Shown here one piece after another: positions 53,288 through 64,000 of a DNA stretch of 64,000 nt. The stretch spans positions 1 to 64,000 of the forward strand of contig JAAPAO010000141.1 in NCBI GenBank assembly GCA_013115145.1. The letters are read 5' to 3'. The notes below the pieces were generated by a model that saw nothing but the letters and a program-made list of their open reading frames with translations, was not told the DNA's origin and searched no databases. How positions within the stretch are numbered: the stretch's first letter is position 1; every line of letters starts with the position of its first letter. The translations under genes and the position numbers were made by a program. Origin of the DNA: Perkinsus chesapeaki ATCC PRA-425. Taxonomy: Eukaryota > Protista > Perkinsozoa.

Positions 53288-56200
53288 TGATGTTAAAGCA
53301 GCATCCAGGTGGTGACAAAAAAATAAAAAGAAAAATCGATGAACTCGAAATACAATTATCATCACCATTAACGCCGATCGGTAAGGAAGCTGTTGTCACG
53401 GCGGAGGTGATAAAATATGTCATGACGTCATTTTACGTTTTCTCCATCAGAAGTTGGCCAGGAAGCACCCCACTGATTCCGGAGCTGTGTTGGATGCCTT
53501 GGTCTCAGCAGCTACTTACAACCCTGCAAAGGCTACTTGCTCATCTGAGGAGGTGAAATGAGTGGGCCATCGGAGACAAAATGTCATCGAGATAACATCG
53601 GGCAGCGACGAGGCGGCCTCGTTAGTGTGATAGTTTCACACTCGGTCATCGATAGAAATTGAATGGATCATCTTGGCTTAATTGACATCGAAAACTATTA
53701 ATGAAATGCCGAGACCGACGAAGCTCAAAGTTCTAGTAGGTATTGAAATCATCATCACATCCAAGCAGAACAGTAGAAGCATTTATCATTCAATATTTGG
53801 TCGACGGCATGGAGAATGAAGAGTCCTCATCATCCTCATCACCGTTCAAAGCAGATGATATTACTAGTAGTATCCGACGAGCAATATCATGTATAGGATT
53901 GGATAATATAGAAGATGTGCCATGGTGGCTGATGGTCTATGTAATAACAACCAATAACAACGACATTTATTCTTGAAATCATCCACCTTGTTATTACTCT
54001 TTATACTCATTATACTGATAATCTTTATTTCCGATGATCTTCCATATTATTAATAAGTAAAATACATATTCAATATCTTTATAACGTATTATGCCAGAGT
54101 ATACGCGCCGCCACTTGCTGTCAATTATGTCTTACTGTAGTCCTTGTCTTATTTCTGGTACTACCATCCCATTTCTATGGCTTTCCCATCTCTTAGATCC
54201 ATGCAATAGGTTCGATGAAGAGTGATAAAGGTTTGCTCGAGGTCAATGAGCTCCTCAGCCGCAATCCATATCCTAGTTTGTGTAGAGTTGTGGTTAACGA
54301 GGTTATAGCTGGTAATACAGAGGAGGAAGAGGGTTCGATATTCGATCCTACAACAGGAGGATCGTCAGACGAGATATTTATCGTCGTAATCATTTGTTCT
54401 GGGGCGGCAGTCTGGTAATTACCAAACCTTTGTGATGGGCGGTTTTATTTTTCAATAGCTCTACTCGCCAATTTTGCTGCTAGATGAACCAGTTATATAG
54501 TGGCACTATTATTAACTCTACGGAATCCACATATTGTGCTGCCAAAATATATGGATTCCTCAGAGTCACCTTTGATCCCTGCTGCGCGCCGATAATATTA
54601 TATATGTTATTGGTCAGTTTCTGAGAGAATCGATGAGAGGCTGAGGCCATCTGTTGTGGTGTGCCTTGACAAAGTGCCAATCGACACATTAGAGGGACTA
54701 TTGGTGATGGAGGGTAAAGAGGGAAGAAGTCTAGGAGTACCGGGATGGATAAGGAATGATATTATTAATAGGGCTTTGAAAGGTGATAGGGTCAGGGGAA
54801 GTGCTGATTAATAATACTACAGCAAAGGCAGCAATCTGCATTATGTCATCTAAAACACTCAGTGCTTTATAATTATATTGTATATGTAATAGATCAATAA
54901 CAGTAACATCATATACAAATACTATTATTATAGTATTATTCTACCATTTGTTATCAATTTAATCACGACTAGCTGGCTGGACAACAAAGCTGGCAACCCA
55001 CCTTGAACCGTCATCATCATCACTGCTGCATGACGATGCTTCCCCCGTCCTCATATAAGACATCGATTCTTAGTGCATCCATCGATGTCTTCGATTTGTA
55101 ACTAATCGAACTGAATAGGCCCCCCTTGGTAATATTATTCTTTCTGTTGGTAGTTCCTATCACATTTGCTGGTCATCGCACATTCCACACCATGATGAGG
55201 CTGATGCTATTTAATAGCATTGGCAACTCCCTCAAGAGAGATGTCGCGCTGCTAACTGCGGAGAGGCTATTGAGGCTTGTTTACGAAGACAAAAAACAAA
55301 TGAATGAGATTCGTGGATTGGCAAGGATGCTCCGAATGGCAAGAAGAGTACGAGTGATCTAGTCTATTCGTATGGGCCATTTTGATCAGAGCTGCTGCTG
55401 TGATGAATCTGAGGTTTATCCATGCACTCTGCAGATTGTTGTTGCCATTACTCTATGGGAGCTGGGAGACGAAATTGATCGATCAACGGCTGAGGTGAGG
55501 GACATGGACATTGAGGGCTGATATGCGGCCATGGGAAGTTGTTGGTGGAGAAGATGTGCCCCGTGGGATAAAGAGGGTGCCCCAATCCTACCGGCGCGTC
55601 GATGCATTTGTGAATGAGCCATACTGAGATGAGAAGCCATTGTAAAAGTTGTTATCGTCTATGTTTGCCTTAATGTGAAGGAGAGTATTTAATCAATACT
55701 ATAGCATACTATAGCTTATCCCGGTCATGTTTGGTTGCTGGCAAATGCTGTACTAGCAATTCAGTCTTCCAGAGGGAAACTTGAAGATGCCGATGAAAAT
55801 GTACGGAATGATTTTACGACTCGAATTCTCTCTAGTATCCTCCTTATCTCTGATGAGGTTGGTGAGGTTCTTGGTAGGTATTAATCGAATCCTGTCCAAT
55901 AATCTACTCGAATGATCATCCAAGAGATCTTCTCATGTCATCTGTTATGTCTATACAGGATGACTATTTGATATCGAAGTAACGCTACCGTACCCAGTAG
56001 AGCTCATCATGCGGACTTGATATTTTAGGTTGCACGGGAAGCTCCGACAGGATAATCGCCAAACCTGTTCGGAAACTACTCCACCGTTGGTTGGTTGCTT
56101 GCCGATCACAATGATGTGGATGAGTTGGCTCATGGCCTCGCCCAGTTCGTACACAAACGAGAATTTGCCCTCCCTTGCAGTTGCGACAGTAAACCGATCA

Positions 56201-57350
56201 CGTGATCGATTTGTTTAATCCCTCTCCGATCATCAGTTGCTTTATCGTATCGGCGTGAGCAATTGTGTGGAAGACGCTGTGATGGTTCCATCACTTGTTT
56301 CAAGTGATGGGTTCTCTTTGCGAATGCTTCCTCAACTGATTCAAGTTATGCCATTACTCCAAGGAAACATCGAACAGCAGCAGGAGACAGCATTTGCATT
56401 GGCTAACCACTTTAAAGTTCATAAGAACGTCGCTAAACACGAATCTATCAAAGTGAGGGAGAAGTCATCTACTTTACCACCTCTTGAGAATGTTCCCTGC
56501 TCAGCCGTTTGTATATAGAACAATGACATCTTTATTTACCCTTCCGGAAGCTGCCTCGGCAATTGGGATGCATCTGATGAGGGTAGGTTGAGACTGACTG
56601 GGAGACCGACGGCGAAGTTAGGCTGTCGCTGATGAAGTTGGGGATAATAGTTTCAACAATTTAGATCATACCTGATAATTATATTGATAAATTATTAAAT
56701 AAGTTGCAGGAGGAGTCGGGTACTATGGAGGCATCCTATTTGCAACTGCTCGAGGACTACACTAAAGAGTAACTTCGATTGAGCAGGCTGAGTGCTTGAG
56801 AATGTTTAATAACAGATACCCAGCACGAGTAGCCAGTATGCATTTGGATAGAGTGCAATCGCTTATCACTGAAGAAGAGTCAGATCATAACAGAGCGACT
56901 GGGATACGATTGATACACATCCTCTGTAAGGTGTTCATTATCATTATTATCACTATTGGACTTGCAAGGTCGCAATAGCAAATACATTAATACTCGGGAA
57001 AATCTCTTAAAGGATTCATGAATATCACCGGAACTTTATTTCGTCATCAACCTACTGTTTTGCGTACATCAGGCAAGGAAGAGTGTATGGACGTCCTCAA
57101 AAGCTGGCAGATCTTCAAGCGCAAGCAAAAGTACTTGTTTGACCGACAGAAGTCTGGTGAAGAGACCAATCGTGAGGTAGGCTGCTGTTTCTCACCACCT
57201 TGACAGAGATTGGTTGTCGGCAGGTTTTGCTTTTGGCGGCCGATGTTGAACCTGGTATGTCCGGCGTCGAGTACATATGGAGTAACGTATCACCTTGTTC
57301 TGGACACTTGTTGTTCAATCCTCAGGCCTGGATTGCTTTAGCGACGGTAA
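53288..57350 (+). CDS. One or two multi-exon hypothetical proteins
   Basis: A chain of plus-strand exon-sized open frames bounded by GT/AG; no family recognised; a stop at ~55362 may separate two genes. Confidence 0.35.
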
Positions 57351-57392
57351 GCAATTTTAATTTATATGTGGAAAATTAATTATAATAATTTA

Positions 57393-57558
57393 AACAGCTG
57401 TTGATAATATAGGATGTCGTTATTAATAATAATATAAACCATTATTCATATACAGCAGTAGAGTGACTGGACAGGTGTTGATAATATAGGATGTCGTTAT
57501 TAATAATAATATAAACCATTATTCATATACAGCAGTAAAGTGATTGGACAGGTGTTGA
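57393..57558. repeat. Tandem duplication, 77-bp unit, ~2.1 copies
   Basis: tgttgataatataggatgtcgttattaataataatataaacc... starts at 57399 and 57476, with a partial copy at 57553. Confidence 0.92.
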
Positions 57559-57559
57559 G

Positions 57560-60405
57560 GAGAAGGGGGAAGGCATTACTAGACGATGCTTTGAACTGCC
57601 ATGGCGGCATAATCGCAGATCTTACCCCTATGAGGATTACCGAACTTGCCAATGCCCAATTGGACTCTGAATCAACCTCTGAGGAATCTTTGGTGAGTAG
57701 CTATCGATAAGTATTAGAATATCTTCCCGATTTAGAGAGCCATGTCGGCGTGCTTGGCAGCCCTGGCCGACATAGACATTACCAATATAGGTCGGAGCGC
57801 TTATATAGCTTCGAATGTGGCGAACCAAACCACATCGAAGGAGATATCTCCAATGGGAAGGAGGCTAAGTACGCCGCAGAGTTGTGTAGGGCAGAATCAT
57901 CCTAGGATGTTGCCTTATCAGATGGATATCTAAAATCGGTTTTAAGGCGATCCCCATTGGCCCAGCTGGCATTAACAAAGGGCGCTGGTCGAGCAACCCT
58001 TCCGGTGCTTAAAAGGTTACTGAAGACTGTTAGAGTACCTTCGGGAATTTTCGGAGGACCGTGAGACAAATCGATTGACACTAAGTTGGGTTGATCCTCA
58101 TACCAGATATATGGTAGCGACCAGCTGGAAAAAATTCATAAATAGATTGCTGAAAAGTGGCGAGGCGAAGCCGAATGAAGTGTACGATACTTTGATGGAA
58201 GGAATCGATACCACACCTGTAGGGTGAAGTGGGGTATAAAATGTGTATGACTTCATTGCATTAGGGCAACGCTGTGCTGGGACTGTCAGCATTGGGGAGA
58301 TGTCGACCGTTACAGTTTTCGATGAATGCTAAAGATGCCATAGAGAAAGTGTAAGAAATGTGCTGTTTATTATTTATTAATAATATCTGGTCTCTATCAG
58401 ACTCAACTCTGAGGTGGATATAGGTGGACAAGCTGGAGTTCGATCACTGGCTGTTATTGCTATGGCACTTTTACTTAAATCAATGCCTTATACACAAGCA
58501 CTAGCGGTTGCTGAGGTGAAATATATCTTTATGCCACTACCTCATCATTACATTTATATATTAATCAGGTTTTATTTGCCCCCGCCACAGAAGTATCCTC
58601 TTCATCCACTCTACTTGGTCCTATCCTATGGATGTTACCCTATTGGACTTTAATTGACCACACTCAAATTGAACGTGTCGTAGAGTAAGCCCTCCTCGTG
58701 CACAATATTATCTTTATTATTCAATCTAGTCGTTTAATATTGGGCTGCCGTACCCCATCAACTGCTTTGCCATCTGGATACGGGCTTACGTTGCTGGTCA
58801 CTCTTCATTGGGACGACCCTGAAGTTCTCCATTTCATACGCGACAAGCTCACAGAATCGACTCCGGTACCACCTCATGCAGATGATGTCTGCGCACGCGT
58901 GCTGGTATGTGGTGATGTCGTCGGCGGCGGCGATTCACAGGCTTTCTCTGGAGAACTTGGAGCTATCGGCGCAGGGTTGGCTGGAGTGGACTTGGAAAGT
59001 ATGCCGGGAAAAAAGCAAGTGTATCCACCATTGGTGTCTTTCAGATAGCGCAAGTGTTGAACCGCAACTCAGAGTTTTGTATCTGGGCTCACTTTATGGT
59101 TGCCCCGGTACTCTTCCTATTATACCCATGGATAAGCTTCACGCGCCACGAAATTGTGATAATCCTCTGACTATTGTCGACAAGTTGGAGAAGTACGATG
59201 ATGAATGCACAGTTGGTGTAGCGGTTCAATTGATGCATACTGCAGAATCGATCACTTGGGCGAGCGCTAATCGCAAACGACGAGAAATCAACAACCTGTC
59301 ATATATTAAGCAAGGCACTGCACTACAGTTAGTTATGGAAGCCTGCTCGGAGGCTTCTGAAACGTCACCGCGCCACGAAATGGGTCTGTTGGCAGTTAGC
59401 CAGTTGAGCGAAGCTCTTCCGCGTAAGGCCATGCGAATCATTCTAGATAGTGCCCGAAGTCTAAGCTCCGACTCCGAACTTAAGATACGCATTCTCAGCT
59501 ATTGTGGCGAAGTTGGTTTATCAGACCTCTTTACCTTATATGAGAGAGCTTCATCATTACCCAAGGAGAGTGTTGAGAACTTGCTATGTTCCATATCACT
59601 CTTGCCGCAAAATGTCTTTGATTTCGAAGGGCCCCTTATTGCTGCTTTAGTTGCAGTGGCGAAGGGAGCATTAAATTCGGTTGACACTTCCCGTATGTTC
59701 GTAACCGACCTCAACGCGGCTTTTAGGAAGTGGAAGGATTCGCCTGATGACGATGGCGCCTCACTGTGTCGAGAGATAGTAGAATCGTTAATCGACAAAG
59801 TTCCACAACTGTTTGCTCAACCTCATCTATGGCGCATCTGCCAAGCTATTCTTGAAGATAACATCGATGAGATCTCTCTGGTGCGAATTGGGAAGCTCAA
59901 TCCTCTCTTAGTAGCAAGGATACGCAAATTCCAAGCAAAGGTGCGGCAAGAAATCCTTCAAGATACTATCCTGAACAAAGAACGATTCCGCCCTGAACAA
60001 CTATTGAAGGTTGCGGATGACTTCGTGCAATCGTCGAACAACATCGATGAGAGTCGGAGGACCATTCTTGGCCTGGCTGAGAGGTTCAGGAGTAAAGACG
60101 ATGATTTGGTGGCCCGCGACATCTGTAGAGACCTCGCGTCTGCCATTAGCATAGCGATTGCCGGTCGAGGGGAAATGCGTCTGGCAGCGACTTCATTTGA
60201 TGTCACTGAGAGGATCGACGATATCTTACCAGTTGAGCTTGCCAATAACTGGAGACCTCCTTGCTTTGGTGTTATGAAGGATATCCAACGATCGATCGAT
60301 TATGTTGGAAAGTGCCTCACTTGCGGATATGTTTTTAATGACACTGACGATCCTAATGTCTACAAGCTTGTGCAGAATATGTTTGCTAACTGTTCGGTTT
60401 CTTAA
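57560..60405 (+). CDS. Hypothetical helical protein with a long (~1.35 kb) terminal open frame
   Basis: ORF 58876..60405 (509 aa), plus upstream exons; Leu/Glu-rich and helical, ending KCLTCGYVF...; may contain in-frame introns. Confidence 0.55.
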
Positions 60406-60502
60406 TCGTTATTGTAGATTTTGTCAATAAGTTGTCAAGTTGGTCTCATGCATGGTAAGCTGTAAAAATAAACGCAATTGAACGCTTAAGAGGAAATATT
60501 CA

Positions 60503-61945
60503 ATGGAAACTACGTCACATGCTTAAGGTTCTTAATTTAAGAAGGTATATATTATTATGTATATGATCCGTGGTAACCGTAACTTACCGTATTCGGACTG
60601 CATCGGCCAAGGTATTGTGATGGGTTGATAACTGTGCACGCTCTCACTCCAATAAGCCCCACATATTAATAGTAGTTTCATGAAGCCCAAGTGATGCCAT
60701 AAATAGATTGAACTTCCAATTGAACCTACCATTTGGCATTGTCAGTGTGTTTTCATATTTGTTTGAGATTGTCTCCACCTCCACCTCCTCCTCCTTCTCC
60801 ACTGCTCGGTCTGTCCTTCCTATGTATTCAACTAATCTAGACTCTGGCAACAACATCACTCATAATGAATATGACTATCTGATCATCTCTAATGAGATTT
60901 CCAAGGAAAACGCTGATGGCCGAGGGTACAGCAGCAGCATCATCATCACCTACTCAACCGTCCACTAGTTGTTGTTGTTCTCTTTAGTTTGTTAAATTAC
61001 CTTGACGCACCGCACAGGTGTGTAACAGCTGAAATGAGAGCCACTCTCATAACTTGGATAATTGAGGTGCATTACAATTTAAGCGATGATAGATTCAGAG
61101 AAGAATCATTATTTCTGGCCGTAATGGTATCCGCATCTAGCGTTGCTCATCAAGCTCATCAGATCGACATCATGGATCGATTCCTAGCTGCATCACCGGA
61201 CACAAGGAGTCGACACTTACAGTTAGTTGCTTGCGCTGCACTTCTCATCGCAATGAAGTAAGGGTAAGATAAGACGTGCAATTACTATGTCGTTAGATTT
61301 GAAGACCTCAGTCATCCAAGTCTATCAGCTATGGTTTCTACATGTGGTATCGGGACATATTCAGCAACACAATTAGCAAAAATGGAGACTAATATACTCA
61401 ATACACTTGAGTATGCACAAAGAGCAATATATAAGCCATTAACATTATAGATTCGACCTAAAACGCCCGACTGCACTGTTCTTCATCCAGTTCATCATGG
61501 GTAATTCTACTACAGAACTGGAGCGACGTCTGGCTGTGTAGCGTATCTGCAATAGTAGTCTCTTTTTTACATTTGAACAGTTACCTTCTCCGTCTCTCCA
61601 TCATTGAACCTCAATATATCGCTTATCCCAAAAGCCTTATAGCTGCGGGAATCTGTGCTGCAGCAGTCGGTATCCTGTGCCCACATCGTGTCTCTAGTAT
61701 AGAGTAAGTTCAATGCTGATGGGGCTCCCTATACTTTGATCAGATTCTATTATGATGAGGATCTAGTAGATGGATTGGCGAGGCAGCTTGTAGCTTTCTA
61801 CTATAGCGCCCAACATCATTATCAGTCTGATCCTCATCGGTACTACAACTCGGTCAAGGTGGTTTCAAGGACATCCCTTCCATTGGCTGATAAATGGCCA
61901 TATAGTGATGGCCATAGCGGTGGCATTGATGCCATCACCTTTTAA
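60503..61945 (+). CDS. Cyclin (A/B-type cyclin box); start approximate
   Basis: MRATLITWIIEVHYNL...EESLFLAV..IMDRFLA...LQLVACAALLIAMK|FED...METNILNTLE|FDLKRPTALFF...IIEPQYIAYPKSLIAA. Confidence 0.92.
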
Positions 61946-61989
61946 GATGAATTATTGTCACTACCGGTGGTTATTTGGTATGAGCCTTG

Positions 61990-63060
61990 AACATTGACAA
62001 GGCAGGCTCAATACCACATGCTTTGCTTATCAAGGCTGTTGTTCCGAGCCCATTCCAATTCACCAACGTGGAACTGCTTTCACGGTTGCATGCCTCTTCG
62101 TTACGGTGCACAATAGCATCATCATCACCAGTACTGTTTTGTTATGTTGTTGATTCAATCAACTTGGTTGATGAAACGTTCGCTTTGAAGCACTAAATTC
62201 GCAGAACGCTACATGGGATATCGGTAAGCGAAACATTGCCTTCCGGAGCTCAGCAAAATCTGCAGCCGTGTCTTTGAGATATCAGATTCTACACAATTTA
62301 CCTCATCCAACTGAAGGGCAGCAAAGAAGACTGCACAGAGAAGTAGGCTGGTCCCTCGACTCGGTCACATCCAATTACCCGGCAACTACTTCGATTCCAG
62401 AATGATAGTGATATCAATGGGGTCGGGAATCGCCAAGACAAGGCTATTATTGTGGAGGTAGGTAATGTTCGTACCTAGAGGGCAGCCGTTGGAAAGAATA
62501 ATAGTTATTATGACCTTCGATGAATATCTGAGCATAAGCTGGGAACACCGAAATATCATTTAGAGTGATCCTTCCTTCATTGTCAATAGTAAATGCTGTG
62601 GGACCAGTGTTCTGCAGCACAACCAGAAAAACGTCAGTTTTCCAAATCGTTCTGAAAGGATAATAGATATCGAAGATGACAGCAAGCAATTATTACAGAT
62701 TAGTCAGCTTCTTAGCTGGTCCATCAAATTGTACTACAGCTGAGCCATTGCCAAGTAATGGTGCATTACCTTCCCATGTGAACGTACCATCGGGTACACG
62801 TGGGCCTGAAATTGACGATATTCATCAAGGGATTCTCTTTCGATAAGTTTACTTTGGGTAGTTGACGGGGCGACCGTTGTAGATCCTAAAATAAACCCTA
62901 AATGGATTGATAGATATAAGCTCCATAATTACCTTTGTTTGAGCTACATCCATTGAACGACAGGATAATATAGGCACATAATATAATACACCCTTGATGA
63001 GAGGGTGACTTCATCATCCCAGAGGTTAAGAGCAGATCAATGAACAAGTGACGCCATCTT
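61990..63060 (-). pseudogene. Hypothetical coding remnants
   Basis: Exon-like frames (GPRVPDGTFTWEGNAPLLGNGSAVVQFDGP; LAVIFDIYYPFRTIWKTDVFLVVLQNTG) are followed by multiple stops. Confidence 0.3.
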
Positions 63061-64000
63061 CGCAAGAGTGTCACGGAAGTACCAATTGCTTAACGTAATT
63101 TGTTGCCTTCGTACAGTACTTGCGGCTCACAAATATTCCCGATTGGGTTTTCCGATGTTGCCTGGGGCAAATTACCTCAACGTTAGTTTTCTAGCTTGTG
63201 CAAAGATGATAATTCGCTTTTCTTTGCTTTTGTTCTTGTCCATGCGTACACGGATGGGGGCATGGTACGCATACTCACCAGCCCGTCGCCGCCGCGGGAT
63301 CCTCTTCCCACTGTGAAGGACTCCCTGGGCTATTTGGTGCAACATGACACAAACCGTTGAACTCAAAACAAAAAGTTAAAATGATCATTAATCTATAGTT
63401 CAGGTTGCACAACTGCGTGCCGACGCAGAAACTTTCTGCGGTGCAGCTCGGGTGAGGCGCCTTGAAACAGGAAGGCCAGAAAGGCGTTCCTGGCGCCTCA
63501 AAAGGCCAGAAAGGCGCCTCACCCGAGCTGCACCGCCAGCAGAAGGATACTTCGTAAGCTCTGACATCCAAGGCAACCTTTCGACAGGCGCCATTGGATA
63601 GATTTCGTTGCAAGTACCGCCAGCGGCTTTTGCAATATAGTATGCTTCTTGCGAGATTTATTGATACCAAAAACCCATGGCTCCAACATAGTTGATCTAG
63701 ACACCGAACGAGGTTCTACGAACACCTCGGCGTTTCTATGCCATACGCGTTGACTGAAAGCTGATCACTGCAGAGCGAGTGGTCCAGCAAATGTTGGGTG
63801 CTTCTCAGCTGAGAACTCAACAACTAGATCTGAAAAAGCGTTAACGTCGTTCGCGTCGTAGGAAGCTTGTCGTAAGCAATATCATGGCAAGTCAAGAATA
63901 CAATTCCGGAAGGGAAACAATGACAACGATCAACATCCGAAAAAGTCACTTAGTCATGGAGTTCGAAACATTCGATGTGTATAGCGACATCTTACAACTA

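Noticed and set aside
54331-54350. GGGTTCGATATTCGATCC
   Set aside because: Within a coding frame (EGSIFDP); no matching downstream geometry.
59226-60245. Minus-strand ORFs opposite long exons (also 17286..17591, 49319..49967)
   Set aside because: Antisense shadows of the long coding frames.
63400-64000. Short direct repeat AGGCCAGAAAGGCG and ORF fragments at the right edge
   Set aside because: Only two copies of a 14-mer, and interrupted frames; nothing assignable.

Overview
Gene-dense eukaryotic (protist) genomic DNA with many short exons and ~40-60 nt GT-AG introns. Intron size and protein sequences suggest an alveolate, most likely a Perkinsus-like parasite (inference). Recognisable genes are ARF1 (partial, left edge), a phosducin-like/TXNDC9 protein, a Maf-like nucleotide pyrophosphatase, poly(A) polymerase, a LARP7/p65-like La protein, RPS29 (missed by the ORF track), an RMD1/RMND1 (DUF155) protein, a PX-domain protein, a single-domain voltage-gated cation channel with EF-hands, a tandem CCCH zinc-finger protein and a cyclin, plus several hypothetical genes. 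The most striking signal: between ~18.1 and ~40.0 kb, about 22 spliceosomal introns (plus 2 sites outside coding regions) each carry a tRNA 3' end, on either strand. Each element is a B-box/T-loop, usually followed by 12 nt, a discriminator-like A and an oligo-T terminator. The oligo-T run often doubles as the polypyrimidine tract or, when antisense, as the GTAAAA donor. I found essentially none outside this interval. Other signals are a cluster of small secreted proteins at 9.5-15.5 kb, one with a WASP-like basic+CRIB motif and two with PP1 RVxF-like motifs, a ~760-bp island of short perfect palindromes at 44.2-44.9 kb, and several recurrent 12-15-mer motifs. No CRISPR array, rRNA or intact tRNA gene was found. 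Gene boundaries were assembled by eye and are approximate unless stated.
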